Shown in pieces: positions 47,301 through 62,400 of a stretch of 64,000 nt of DNA (the stretch's first letter is position 1; every line of letters begins with the position of its first letter). The notes under the pieces are model-generated. The model searched no databases and was not told the origin of the DNA. It was given only the letters and a program-made list of their open reading frames with translations. A program made the translations under genes and the position numbers. The stretch is from Cenococcum geophilum (lineage: Eukaryota): the NCBI GenBank assembly GCA_050273025.1, contig CP158635.1, positions 16,244,001-16,308,000 of the forward strand, in the 5' to 3' direction.

Positions 47301-49860
47301 TGGCTGGCTAAGACAGACACTAAAGCACGTAATACTGCTATACCCCTTACGTACCAACCAAGAAGCAATACTCTTAGTAGCTGGTATAAAGAACTATAAG
47401 ATACTACTCTTAATATAAAAAGGCCTTAAGGCAGTTACCTAGTGGCTTATTAGCTAAAATATACTAAACTAGTTCTAGGTTATAAAGGAAATAGTAATAG
47501 AAGGCAGGGGGGTAAGCAACGGGTGCCCCCTAATGACTCTATAGCAGTAGAGTAAAGTTTACAATACTAGCGCGTCCGTAGGCTTGTTACGGCAGCAGTG
47601 GTTCCTAAGGAGGTCAAAAAGTAAGGTAGTAGGAGCACCACAGGTGACTCGCAGGCGCCTCGCAGGCGCCCCGCAGGCGAGTCCTAAAAGGCGGGGAGAT
47701 GGATTACGGGGTTTTCTTAAATAGAGTTTTCTCCCTATATATATATAAGGAGTAGTCCGCGTGGGCCTAATAGGGATCCGAATCGGACGTTAAGCAATGA
47801 ATTATTATTATATAGCTTAATATATAGGGCCTTAGCTTACTGTTGTCTTTAACTATTAAAATATAATCTATAATCTATAATCTATAATCTTTTTTTATAA
47901 TCCTCTATATTACTAACGCATTATTCTTATATTTACCCTTAGGCTATTAAATACGGTTAAGGTATTAACTAGTTAAGTAAGGAGATTTATCTCCTAAGAT
48001 TTAGTATATATACTTTTAAATTTAGTAGCCCTGTACTATATATTTAGCGTAGCTCTACTACCTAGTAAATAGGAGGGATACTTTATAATAGCACCTATAG
48101 CTATTATACGATTATTAAGAACGCCTATAACGTTATTCCTTAATATTATAATATTGTTTAGGTATAATTTAACCTATATATATCTTTAATTAATATCTTA
48201 ATTACCTCCCTTGGCTGCGTAATTAGTTTTTATAAGGAAGTAATAGCCTAATAACCTATACGCGCATTTCCTTTCTTTTAAATTACGCTATTATTACGGT
48301 GTTATATTGGTAAGGTTACGGCTATACTCTAAAAAGGTATTAGAAGGTAAAGTATAAAGACACTTTACTTATTAAGCTTAATTCTTTTTCTTAATACCTT
48401 ACTTCCCATTATTAACCTTCGTCTAATTTAGATATATTTTTAATATAATAATAATAAAAATTCTTTTCTATTATTAATTTAATATACCTTTTTAATTTCC
48501 TACTAACTACTCTTTTAAGCTAATTCTATAGCGTATCCTAGCCCTACCTTTATAAATAAAACCCTAACCTCTACTAACCTGTAATTAGTGCTAGTTTTAC
48601 CTAAATAATTTTATTTATATATCTTTAAAAGACTAGAAATCTAACAAAAGGATTTAAAAGGCTTATAATAAGACCTACTATATAAGGTCTAATACCTTTA
48701 GTCCTTATAATTAATATATATATATACTAAGAGCGGTAGTTACGTTAAGGTAAGTTTTTCTATCCTTAATAGGTTTCTATTACTAACTTTAAGCTTTAAT
48801 AGCCTAGGCCTAAGCAGCGACGTTCCTTTAATATCCTTAACTACTATATTACCTAGGCTCTCTCTTATTCTAGCGCAAGTACTAAATAACTTAGTTAAAT
48901 TTAAAACGATCCTACGGCTATTTATACTACCTATAATTCCTACTTAGCTAGCTAGTAACGCCTAATATAAAAGTAAGGCTAGTATATTAAGGGTAGGGTA
49001 AAAGATAAGAGTAATAAGAAGAAGGTCGCCGTCTACTATAGATAGAAGTTTGCGTATACGCGTAAAGTTTTAAAAGAGTATAATATAATATAGTATTAGG
49101 TAGGTTACCCTTTGGGTACCTAGCGGATAAATAACTAATAGTTGCCGTAATAAGATTTTAGTAGTTTTAGACTATACTAGCTAGCTAATATATCTATTTA
49201 TTTTAAGCTTAAGTATATCTTTATTGACTATAAGCTAACGCCCTAAGAGCTTTATTAGTATTAGTTTAGACCTAATATTAGTATTAAGCGTTTAAGAATC
49301 TCTAATTCTACTACACCTTATTATCCTACCCCTATTTCTATGCCTACTTATATACCTATAAAGGGATCTTATTCCTATTAGCCGTCCCTTAAAGGGCCAA
49401 TAGATACTAATCCTAATCCTAAGGATAAGGCATAGTAACTTTTTAGATTAAATATTTGGGATTTATTCTTATATATAGTAGCAATTAAGAACCGTAAGTA
49501 GGTGCTTAAAAAGGCCTTAAAAGGCTTTTAGAAAGGGCCTAAGAGCCTTAAAAATAATATTTCTAATATAGATTAATAAATAGAAATGCAATTTTAGCAA
49601 AATGCCCTATTAACTCTATACTATATACGTAAAAAGGCTAAGGACCTATTTTGCCATAGGCTATAGCCCTAATTTTTACAGTTTTTAGAGCTTATTTATT
49701 CTATATCTCATTTAATATATTTAATCTTTAGGGCCTTTTACAGCCTACTATAAGCTTTCTTTATAGGTCGCGGTAATACTATAGTATTAAAGCGCTTTCT
49801 GCAATTTATAAATTATAGATCTTAATCTTAACATTCTTTTAAAATATTTTTATAATAATT

Positions 49861-49977
49861 AAGGTAATCCTTTAGTTTCTATATAGAGTTCTTAGCGGGC
49901 TAGCCTAGCCATTTAACTTTATATTAAAGCTTGTTTTTAATAGATTTATAGTATAATATAGCTTTAACCTTATACTG
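49861..49977 (-). pseudogene. RIPed chromodomain, probably the 3' end of another chromoviral Gypsy integrase
   Basis: The minus strand reads QYKVKAILYYKSIKNKL*YKVKWLG*PAKNSI*KLKDYL, a RIP version of YEVEAIL...Y.VKW.GW...STWEP..L. Confidence 0.7.
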
Positions 49978-52900
49978 CTCGCCTACTACCTTAAGGTATT
50001 TAATTAGGCCTAGACAGAAGTTCTTTTCTAGTAGTAGTCTATACTTGTAACGGAATCCCCCAAGAGGTACATATCCAATAAGACGGTAGGAGGTTTTATC
50101 TATATCCCATCTATATTCCAGAAGACACAGTTAGATAAGTTAAGGGCGAAAGGTTTTACTAGCGTCTTAGAAGAAATATATAGGAAGCTGGTTCCCCTCT
50201 AAAGAAGAACTAGCGATTAGTCTCTAAATAGAAGTGGTTAGAAGCATTTGTCCTTTAATACGTGAAACTTATTCTACCTTTAACTTACCTTCTATTTACC
50301 TTTAACTTACCTTCTACTTACCAGTAATACTATTAATTAGATAATTATACGTTCCGGTTAAGCTGGCCTCTTATAATTCTAATCGCTTATAATCCGTTAG
50401 GAACGTACGGCTATTAATTAATAATAACGAACTATACTCCTGTATCCTATAAAGCAACGCCCTCACCGTAAGAGGCTTAAAGAGTCTCCCCAGAGGAGCG
50501 CATTCCCTCTTCCTATAAAGAAGCCACGGCTAGTCCATCTAACCTTACAAGACCCTTAGAAACAATTACTACTGGGGAGTTATTAAAGCGGTCGCTACAC
50601 GAGACCCTACAAAAAATAAAAAAGTTAGAGATATAATTAAGATAAGTATATTAAGACTACTAAGAACAATTACAAGGACAATTAGGGGAAGTATAGACAC
50701 CCCAGACATAAAGCGGACTTAAAGGGGTAACGCTACACTACGCTATAACGTTAGAAAAACCTAAATTTTGTATAAAGGAACCTAATAAGTACTATAGTAA
50801 TAGTCTCCAGAACTACAATCGTTTTATCCGTTAATGTAAAACTAAGTTTTGGCTAGATCTGAAACGTTACTCTAACAAGTATAATTAGATACTAATTGCT
50901 TCTACCTTCCTATATAGCACCGTTAAGAGTTTATAAACACGCTATAAGAAGAAACTTACTATACCCCTTAAATTTAGCGAACTTAAGTCCTGGTTAGTTA
51001 ATTAAGTCTAAAACCCTACTAATTAAGGGATAGATTATAACCAGTGATACCACAACGCCAAATAGCAAGAAGGCTAGAGTGTAGTCCAGTTTATAAACTA
51101 CTTAGAAGAACTAGAAGATAATATACCCTACTTAAATCTATAGAATAACGCTATATAACTTTACTAGCTACTCGCTAAGCTATAACCTAAGATTTAATAG
51201 GCCATATAAGAGAAGGGCGAAATTCCTACCTCTTAAGAAAAGCTTATCTCTAAAGCTACTTGGATTAAGAATACTAAAAAAGACTATTTAGGCAAGTGAA
51301 AGGAACGAGACGCTAATAATAAAGAGCGTAGGACTAGACCTAGCTTTAATAATAGGGGCAGATTCTAACCTAACCGCTCTACGGAGGGATAACGTAAGTA
51401 GGCCTCGCAGCCCTAGAGCAACGCTAGTTAACCCTAAAATAATAATAGGCAGAGACCTAATCTATAGAAGGGGAACTGGGAGACACGCACCTATTATAAC
51501 TGCGGCAAGAAGGGCTATATAAGCCGCTTCTGCCGGTAAAAGAAGTAAGAGTCGGCCTAATTAGGAAAAGAGACAGCCTAGTAGATCTTTACTCCCTTAC
51601 ACTAGGCCAGTAAGAGAAGGAGGGAGTAAACTACCGTATAGTTATTCCTGTCTCTATTTAAGTTAATAATAAATAGGTAACGCGAGACTGCCTTATAGAC
51701 AGCGGCGCGAGTATAGGGTTTATTTCTTAATTACTAGTGAAAGAATTAGATTTAGATCTTAGTGGCTTATAAGTGCGCACTATTTAAAGCATCGGAAGCC
51801 ACCAGATTCTATACTATAGGAAATAGGCTTTTTCCATGGCCAGCTAGGACCGTAATAATCTATAGGACACGTAGAAGATGCGCTTCTATGCCGTAGAAAT
51901 TAAGGGGTATAACCTTATTTTAGGATACCTATAGCTTCGCCAAGTCAATCCAGACATTAATTGGCCTTTAGCCTTATATTAATATCGGAAGTCTTAACCG
52001 CGCATTATAGTTGAAGATTAAGAGACTTTCTTAAACTATATATAAGAAGAAGGGTAGGTATATGCTATATATGCCACTCTTAACACTAAAAACGGGGATA
52101 TAGGATATTCATTTTCGGATATCCGGCTATACGCAGTCGAGGAACTAGAGATTCTACAAGAATATGCGGACTTAGAGGATATTTTTAGTAAAGAGGCTGC
52201 ACAAACCTTACCTAACCCTATATTGGTTAAGCATAAGATAAATATAGGGGACAAACAACCTCCTTTTAGACCACTATATAACCTATTAAAAAATAAGCTG
52301 GCGGTACTACGTTAATATATAGTAGACAATCTTTAAAGAGGATAGATTTGGCCCTCTATAAGCCTAGTAGGGGCACCAATTATATTTATACCTAAGAAGG
52401 ACGGGACCCTTTACCTTTATATTAACTATTAGGCGCTAAACAAGATTACTATAAAGAATTACTACCTGTTACCCTTAATAGGGGAGCTTATTAATAGGCT
52501 GTTAGGCATAAAGATATTTATAAAATTAGATCTAAAAGATATATACTATTAAATCCGGATTAAAGCCGGTAATAAGTAGAAAACGGCGTTCCGAATATAG
52601 TACGGCCACTTTAAGTACTTAGTGATGCTATTTAGGCTCACCAACGCACTAGTAATATTTCAGGCCTATATTAACAAGGCATTATCGGGCCTATTAGACA
52701 CGATATATATAGTCTACCTTAATAATATTATAGTTTACTTTAATAACTATAAAGCATATACGCACCACGTATAAATGGTATTAAAAAGACTACGGGAATA
52801 TAAGCTCTATATAAACCTAAAAAAGTACACATTCTATACTACTAGCATTAATTTTTTAGGCTTTATTGTTAGCGTTAATAAAATGTTAATAGAGAAAAGT

Positions 52901-55900
52901 CGGGTGGACGCCATTAGGGAATAGCCCTACCCTATAACATTTAGAGAAGTATAGGTTTTCTTAGGCACGGCGAACTTCTACTAAACGTTTATTATTTACT
53001 ACTTATAAATAATACTCCCAATTACTAATCTACTAAAAGGATTTAAGAATGGCAAGAAGTTAGGACCCTTTATATTTAGGGAAGCTACTAAGTAGGCTAT
53101 AGACCGGTTAAAGGATTTGTTTACGTCGGCGCCTATTTTAATACACTTCTACTAGGAGCTATATATATACCTTAAAATAGATACATCTAGCTTTGCCCTA
53201 GGGGCAATTATATCTTAATTAAAAGACGGAAAATAGCATCCTGTGGCGTTTTAGTTAAGGAAAATAACCCCTATAAAGTAGCGTTATATAACGCACGACT
53301 AGAAGCTACTTGCAATAATTGCAGTAATAAAGCACTAGCGACATTATTGTATAGGAAGTAATTATCCTATTAAAGTCCTTATAGACCACAACAACCTAGA
53401 ATACTTTATAACTATAAAGGTATTAAGCGGTCAATAAGCGAGATAGGTAGAGGCAATATCGCAATATAACTTTAAAATTATGTACCGCCTAGGGAAGATA
53501 AATCTTACTAATAGGTTATTAAGACGTCCGGATTACGAAATAGGGAGGATCTAGGATAGTATAGGGGAAATAATCCCCATATTGCAAAATTTACTTAAAA
53601 AGAAAGAAGACTCTTTCCCTAGAATTATAGAATTTCGTAGTAGGGCAGAGGTCCTAGTAATACAGCTATAAAGTAATATAATTATAGAGCCGTAGGATAT
53701 AGTTATAGATTAGGTTATAAACCAAGCAGACGTTACAAAGTTAGCGTACCTTAGAATTAGCAAGAATTCTATAGGATGTGCTAAAGGTGTCGCGGCACCT
53801 TTAACTTAACGGCGTATTAGCTATAAGTTTTCGGATTTAAGGGGGATAGGCGAAATACCTATCCGCAGCGTAGCACACTATATAACGGTAGAAGAATTTA
53901 CTAGCACTAATAGTTTAAAACGTCTTATACTATACCTTAAGTCTATAATAGCGGTAGGCGAAATAGAAGCAAGTGATCTATATAAAACCTTTCCGGATTT
54001 TCTTCTTTAAGCTTAATAAAGGGACGCCTTCGCCTCTAGGGAGAGGTAGAAAGATATAGTAGAGACTAACTTAGCCAGAGTTACTAAGAAGCTATAGTAG
54101 CAAGACCAAAAGGGTCTATTATATTTTAAGGGTGCTATATATATCCCAAAGGACCAAGCGATTTAAGACGAAATTCTAAAGGTCTTCTATAATAACCCTC
54201 TTAGGGGTCATTACGGTGCTAATAGAACCCTTAAGGCCGTTTAAAGGAAATACTTTTAGGACGGAATGTCTAAAGAGGTTAAGGACTATATATTAAGGTA
54301 TAATACGTGCCAAAGGATATAGATATCCAGGCATCGCCTATACGGCGAGTTATTAGTACTTCCTATTCCGTAGGGACCTATATTAGAATTAATAATAGAT
54401 TTTATTATAGGCTTACCCCCTACTAAGATAAGAACTAGAGAGGTTACTAACGCTATTCTAGTAATCGTTAACAGGTATACAAAGTTTTTAGGATACTTTG
54501 CTATTATAATAACAATCACAATAGTAGAACTAGCAGACCTATTTTTAAAACGGTAGCTCTTGTTTAGCATACTAAGGGGAATCGTATCTAATAGAGGTAC
54601 CGTATTTAACAGTGCATTTTAGTCTTTATTCTATCTCTTATTAAAAATACAGCAAAAAATAAGCACTACCTTCCACCCGTAAATAGATAGGTAAATAGAG
54701 CATCTAAATGCGTTGTTGGAATACTACCTCCGCTGCTATATTAATTATTAACAGGATAATTAGACATTGTAGTTAGCTCTAGCGCAGTATATATATAACA
54801 CAAGCATCTACAGTAGTATAAAAATGACCCCTTATAAAGTATTGTTTAGGGTAAAAGCAAATAACCCCTAGAACGTTAAGGACATTGTTCCTAAAAGAGA
54901 GGCACTAGCGGCGTCCAAAAGAATTAAGCAAATAAGAATTCGCAGAAAGGAACTTAAAAAGCACTTACTAGACGCCCAGGCCGTATAAAAAAGGTACTAT
55001 AACAAAAAACATATACCGAAAGAATTTAAGATAGGAGACGAAGTCTTACTATCTATAAAAAATATCCAAATAAAACGCATTAAGAAGAAGCTGGATTACT
55101 AATAGCTCGGACCCTTTAAGATAGTTAAGAAAACTAAAGGAAACTAAGCCTATAAATTAGAATTACTAAAATCTTATCTAATACATCCTATATTTTATAT
55201 TTTCTTACTAAAGCTATATTGGAGAAGAGATAGTGCGGAACCGCCCCTACCTAGCGAAATTAATAGGGAACTGGAATGGAATATAGAAGACATTCTAGAC
55301 TAAAGATAGCGCTAAAAGAAGCGCGAATTTTTAGTTTATTAGAAAGGATACTTTTAGGCGCATAATAGTTAGGAACCTAAGGAGTACCTTTAGCTAGGAT
55401 ATAATACCGTAATTAAAACCTTCCTAAGAACTAAAGGTAAAGACTTAGAAATAGTTTCGGATATACCATAGGTAAAGCAATAAGAAAGACCCTATAAATT
55501 AAAACCATAAGATTAAGCATAGGTATTAAGAACGGAAACGTTTTACTATTATAATAGGGATCCTAAAATCCTATAAGAGGAAGCCTATAAGAATCTATAG
55601 GAGAACTACTAGGGATACTGTTTAAAGAAGACGCTGTTTAAGAAGGAGTAGTAGTACTATAAGAAGTGGCCTTAGGGATTTAGAAAGATCCCCTAGGGAT
55701 AAAAGGAGAGTATCTAGCCTAGCACCGGAGATATATAGTAGAGTTAATAGTATAAAGAGAAGTAAAAGGACAGCCTATAAAGAATTAGAAATTTTAAGGA
55801 ATTATAAGGCACCTATAGGAATACTACCCGTTTATTACATATAGGGATTATAGTAGTGCACTGCGTTTATATAGATTGTTACTAAAGCTTAGAATAAAGG

Positions 55901-56448
55901 CATCCCTAAAGTATAAAGTTAATTCCTAATAATAGGGCATCCTGGAGGCACCTGAGAGGCACTATATAAAGCTATTCTATAAAAAAAAAAGAGCTAGGTA
56001 ATAACTTAAACACCAACAGCAATAATAGGAGCCTCCTCTTCCATCTTAATATTATTATTAACGGTATTATCAGCTCCTCCATCCCTAGAAGTATTAGCAC
56101 TTCTACCAATATTCTTCTTAGAATAATGGGTATTAAAAGGACCAGTACGGGCGGGAGACTAGTAAAGAGAACGTTTATCTTAACCTTTATTACTATCCTT
56201 AGTATCCCTAGGTTCTAAATCGGCGTCTAAGTAGGGATTAAAGAGATATTAGCTAAAGGAGTTAGTATAATTCCTAAGTAAGTTACTAGAGAAACTTACC
56301 TGGCTAAAGTAGCCCACGTAAGAGTACAAATATTATTATTAATAAAGACGAGCTATTCGTATATACGCTCCTAGACACTATATATATAAAAATATTGCGT
56401 CTCTATAGTAGTAGAAACCCTTATAAAATTAAAGAGTTTATAAGTAAG

Positions 56449-59400
56449 TATTAGTTACATAAGGGGATATTATATAGCTACGGTTCGTAGATAGTATAAT
56501 AATTATTATTTTATATTCCAAAAATAAGGGAGGGCGAGGAGCTTAAGGCTCCTCGCCACGCTAGTGCCGCGGCGACGCGTGACGGCAACTTACTGCACGT
56601 AACGGCAACTTGCTATATATAACGGCAATATGCCTTATATAGTAACTACTTACCTCTATTCCTAGCACTAGCAACTCTTCTTTTATAGTTGCCATCTATA
56701 TATATATACCGCTTAACTAGTAAAATAAATATTAATCCTCCTTACTTACTATTGCCATTATAACATAAGTCTCGCTATCCCAAAGTTTGCCTCTTAGTAT
56801 GTAGTACTTTCTTACTTAGAAGTCATAGGTAGATATCTTATCCGGAGGGCCGCTAAGGCGCTAGTAGTAAGTGAGCTAATAGCAATTTTCTATCCTGGGG
56901 ATAGAAAATCCTAATTAGCTAGGTTAAGTTAGGGTTTATAGAATCTAACTAATTAGATAACTTTAACCGCTGGTTAAAGTTCCTAGATATCTTAAGACCT
57001 TATATAACTAAGAAATTTCTAGGGGCTCCCTTTTAACCTAACCTTTAACTTATATATGTAGAGTATTCGTGTTAACAAACGTCTCTAGTGCCTTATTTAG
57101 GTTCGCCTTCGTTATTATATTTACTAGGTTATCTTAGCTATTAATCTATTAAATCTTAAAGAGTTCTTAACGCTCGTAGGATTACTAAAGTGCTATAATA
57201 TTAATTATAAGGCGCTTCTTCTTTATAGTACCAAGCTTAACTAAACACTTATAAAGGGAATATAAGTTAGTGCATATAATTATAGGGATAACGGGAAATT
57301 CGAGTTAATCTATAATTATCTTTAGGGTAGTTCCAATTACAATTGCTATATTAACTCCGCTAACCATTCTATATATCTCTAACGCTAAAACACTTTAGGT
57401 AACGCGCTTACTCTTAGTTAAGCTCTAATAAATAAGATTGCTATAGATTATAAAGTTATTCTCTCTAGTAAATTTGTTTGTGATAATAATCTTATATCCT
57501 AACTAGGAGCTAAAATCTTTATTATTTATAAACGATCTATTAATAAATATAAAGAGCTTAGCGGTAGGAAGATTAATAGGCACGTAGAGTAGTCCCCAAT
57601 TAAGATGGTTTATTTACTAAAAAAGACGTTTATTTAGGGCAAGAACGTCATCCTTAGTAGGTTCCTAGTATTAAGCCGCAATAGAGAGATTAAATAAAGC
57701 CTTAGGTTAATAAATAGAAGCAATATAAGCTCCGCAAGCACGTTACTCTATATATTCTTACTTTAGAGAATTAACGTTAATAACATTAATCTTCTTACCT
57801 TAACCCTTCTAGCGTAAAGCAATAGAATCCTTATTTAGGGAAAGGATACATCTATTAAAGAGTAATAGTGTTATTAAATTAAGCTTTTCTTTTAGCTTTG
57901 CTATTAGATTTACTTTTACTAGCTTATTTTCTTTAAAAGCTAAGAATTGGTCGTCTCCTAAGATAATTATATTATTAGTTTATATGCCGACAATTCCAAA
58001 CGGAGTTCCTATAGTTATAATAAGGAAGTAGGGATTAAATATAGATATAGTTATTAAAAGCTTCTCTTTATAGTGCTTGCTATAGGTAGCCCACCAATAG
58101 GTTCCTACCTCTGTAATTCTATATAATGGCTTAAGCATAACCATAATCATATCTTCTAGATATTAGTAGCGAATTTACTCTAGAAGGTGCGCTAATATTA
58201 AGCGTTAAAGGTGCGTCTCTAATTGGGTGTAGGCCTAAGTAATATCTTATAAATAAACCGCCATTCTATTCTTTATTAAGGAGGGAGCTAATATAATAAT
58301 AACTTACTAACTAGCTCGTTAAATTATGGGAGATTATATAAGAATTATCTCTTTACTATTATTATTATAACCTTAGATAACAAGCCTTAATTTCTTAAAT
58401 AGGGCGTTAGTAGCTTTACCCTTAATCTTATTAACCATTCTTAACTTAAAGATGCGGACTCTATTGAATTTAGTAGGGTTATACTTCTTAAATTTAAAGA
58501 CTCCTCTTATAATAAAACCGTTAATCTCCTACTTATTAGATGCTTAGAAAGGAACTCTAGAAGTTATAATATAACCTTCCTTTTAGAGCTATTTTACAAG
58601 CTTAAAGCCAGCCTTCTCCTTAGTTATTATAAAGGCCATTAATAACTCAATTCTATTCTCAATAGCGGTAATAAATTACTCTTTAAAATTAATAAGATAT
58701 TGGCAATTTCGTGATCCCTTCGGGCAACCTCTACCGCGTTATAATTGTGGCACCTCTACTACAATTATATTGGGATTATAGTCGCCTTCTAAAGCACGTT
58801 AATCGTAGTTCTCTTTTAGGGCATCTTCTAGGGCATCCTATAAAGGCTTAGAATTGTTATCTTTATAGTAAGGCTTAATAATAGTTAAACGGAATTAAGT
58901 GGGTCCGTAAGGCATCTAAATAGTATAGGTTTAACCATTAATTATAATAAGTTAGTGTAGGCCTAACTATCCTCCCTTTTTACGCTATACGCGTACTTTA
59001 GACTAGAGTGGCAGATTAAGCGTAGTTAAGATATTTAGGCCATTTCTTATTCCTAGTGCGTTATTAACCTAGCGTATAGCATAGAGATGTCGTACCTCCT
59101 TTATTACCTTGCGAATAGCCTTAGCTTATTATATAATAGAGGGAGATAGTAAAGAATTGTTAGTTATTTAAGGGTAGGCGCTAAAGACTAGTAATATAGG
59201 TATAAGTCTATCCGGGCTAGCGGAATTATTAATAGCTTTAATAGCTATTTATAAGATAAGTTCTTCGCTAGCATCCTTTAGTTTTAAAGAGATAATCTTA
59301 TATACGTGGCGTAATGGCGCGTAATATTGCTCTACTTTTTTAATACTATTATATGCCTTAACGGGGACTTCCTTAACCTTAATTGCTATTACCTTTATTT

Positions 59401-62400
59401 ATTATCGGAACTCTATAAATAAGAAGTTCTTTCCTATATTATAAATAATTTAATTAGGGGGTCCTAAATAAATATTAATCTAGCATAACTAAAGGGTATC
59501 CTATATATTTCTGGCTAATATATCTTTTAAGAAACGCGCGGCTTAGAAGGAAGTTAAGAAGTTAATAACTTAAAGCACTGGTTTACCGCTAAGATATATA
59601 ACGTTAATAATAATATAGAAGTTAAAGTCGTAGTTATCCTTAAGGGTAAACTTAAATCGGCTAAGGGACTTCTAGTTTATTTAGCAGTAATAGTAGTACT
59701 TTATAAGATACTTAATTGCCTTAACTTTAACTTTATAGCCCGCTTACTAAAGAACCCTAAGCAATTAATAAACAGATAGGTGGCTAAAACAACAGTGTAG
59801 TTAACGTAACTCTAACTTAGTTAAATAGCTTTAAGCAATACTCTTTTCTAGTTATTAAAGGAGCAGCTAAGGGTAACCCTACTTATATATAATAGGCACC
59901 CGATTATCTCCCTGCATAAGCATATTCTTAAGGTTATTAAGCTTAACGCCTAATTTGTCTATATCTTTAATACAGAATAGAAACGAAGTGTTCGCGGGAA
60001 TAACGTAAAAGGTAATATATCCTAAGGGGGTTTAGACCCTAATTATGCCGAGAGAGATTGCGGTACCCTTACCAAAACGTATTATATATTAGCCTACCGT
60101 TAATTAGTTAATCTAAATAAAAGTATTAAGTTGTTAAAGAGCTCGAACTTAAGGTTCTCCTACTATAGATACTCCTACGGCTCTAGTATCTAGCATAATA
60201 CCATAAAAGACATTTGCCGAGTATCTATCGTCGAAGGAGAACGCGGAGCTCTCCTTTAGCTTATTAAAGATATTTAACTTTATAATAGAATGGAGCGTAG
60301 ATTAGTTATTAAGAATAGTAACGGTTTGTGTACTATCTACCTTACCATACTTAGTAAAGTATTAGTTAGGTAAGTAGTCCTTAATTTCCATATCTATAAG
60401 GAGCTATTCGGTCTTATTAACCTTACCCTTAAGATCTTCTACGCCTTCGTATTAAACTAGGAAGCTTTAGAAGTAGGCTATAGTAACCTTATAATTTCTA
60501 ACATTTCTTACACTCTAACGAAACTTATTATATACCTCCTTTTACTTATTAAGGGAGTGTCTAGTTAACTAGCAATTTAGCTTCTTACAAACGTAGCACT
60601 TCTTCTAGTAATTACTTTAAAATGAACCTCTATAAGGACCTCTATAATTACCTTATAGTTAATATTAATTATACCCTCTTCTATATTCCCTACTACGGCC
60701 ACTATATATTTAATCAGTCTAGTTATAATCGTATTAGTCGGGAGTACTTAGTTAGGTAGGGTTTTCGGTATAGAGCTGTTAAGATTCTTATGTTTACATT
60801 ATAGTGTGGGAGGGTACGACCACTCTCAGATAGGAAAGTCACAGTGCTGTCTGTCTGTCGGTCGGTCGGTCGGTCGGTCGGTCGGTCGGTCGGTCAGTCA
60901 GTCGTAATCAATCAGTAGGAAAGCAGTCAGTAAGAAGAAAGGAAAGAATGTATTCCCGGTCGGTCGTGATCGTGAGAAGGAGAGAAGCCGAAGGCTCGAT
61001 ATATACAGGAAAATGCTAAGGCACTAAGTAGTGGCCCATTTTACCCCACCACAATAGTACCTACGGCGGAGCGTAGCTTAGTATATACTCCTTTAAATAT
61101 ATCCGTAGGTTTATATAGCGCCAAGTTATACTTAGGAACGCCACGGCATGCTAAGATAACCTAGTCCCTTAGGCTATTCTCATTTTAGTAAGTTTTAGTA
61201 AGGCTATATTAGATTTTCTAGAGTTTATTAAAGAGTAGTTAAAGGCACTCTAAACAAGTCTTTATTAGGTTAGAAGTAATAACTCTCTAGAATATAGTTT
61301 CCCGCCATTCAGATATATAAAGTTAGCGATTCTTATTAGTCTTAAAGTAAGCTCTAGTAAGCTAAAGTATTACATTAAAGCTATAGTTTTTACCCATAAT
61401 ATAGTCGTAATAGAATATTATTACCCATCCCTTTAACATAATAGAGAAAGCGTAGTAGTACTAGTAGCGTTAAATTCTAACCTTATTATAACAGTTATAA
61501 AAGACCTATAGTTTTACTCCAAGCATATTATATAATTCTCCTCTAAACTTCTTCTCTTCGTCCAAATATACCTTTATTAGATTTATAACTTCTTATAGTA
61601 GAGAAGTTAGAGGTAGTAAAGGTAGAGAAAGAGTACCTCTTAGTAGGAGAGCACCTCTAGGTAGGAGAGCACCTCTAGGTAGGAGAGCACCTCTAGGTAG
61701 GAGAGCACCTCTAGGTAGAAGAGTAGCGTTCTAGGGGTTTTATTCCAAATTAAAGTTACCTTTTAAAGAGTATGGGTTAGTTTTAGGTTTCCGTAATTAA
61801 CGTATAATCTCAGCTTCCGTCTATACTGGTTCTTCTATGCTAGTAATAATGGCCTAAATATTGCTAGTAATTAGGTTATTGTTCTTAGTAATATATACCC
61901 CATTCCTACGGAGGAAGTCTTAAAAATCCTAAACAATATTAACATTGCCAAGTGCCCAGGTGTTAGCGGTCCATCTTACAAAATCCTCTCTAAAATATTC
62001 CTACAGCTGTATATTAGCGTAGTATTTACTTTAGTAAAATATAATACGGTATAGAAGAAAGCCATTAACTTATTTTACGGTACAAGTTATTATATTAAAG
62101 GTAAATTCGTCCCAATTTTCATTAATAAGTTTCGCGTATAAAGCTACCCCTAGTAGTAAGGAGTCTTCCCAGTCGTTTAAAGTAGGTATAGCCATGTTTT
62201 TAGAGGGAGGGAAGTGTTATTAGTATAGGGATTATTATTTAGTACGCGTTCGTGATATATATTTGTCATTTAGTACATATTTATTATTTAGTACGCGTTT
62301 ATAACGTATATTTACGATTATAGGGCTTAGAACCAATTCTGGCCTTAAATCGCGAAGACTTATAAAGCGTGTTATTCTGCGTAATGGACGCAAGAATCCA

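Larger units (their letters stand above)
34586..47808 (+). mobile_element. Full-length Tad1-like LINE (~7 kb without the nested Copia), RIP-inactivated
   Basis: 14-bp TSD tatatagcttaata (34572-34585 / 47809-47822) and (ATT)n 3' tail. ORF1 runs from ~36082 with three degenerate zinc knuckles (~37090-37260). ORF2 runs from ~37846 with APE motifs (LAI*EP, NVYNP, LLGDINLHHP, IDL, DH) and RT motifs (IALENTLSKILE, GIP*GLPLSPILFLF, GFVDNT ~46162). Confidence 0.92.

Noticed and set aside
47823..49850. RIPed sequence right of the LINE as a specific transposase gene
   Set aside because: Trial translations gave no recognisable motif, so it is left unclassified.
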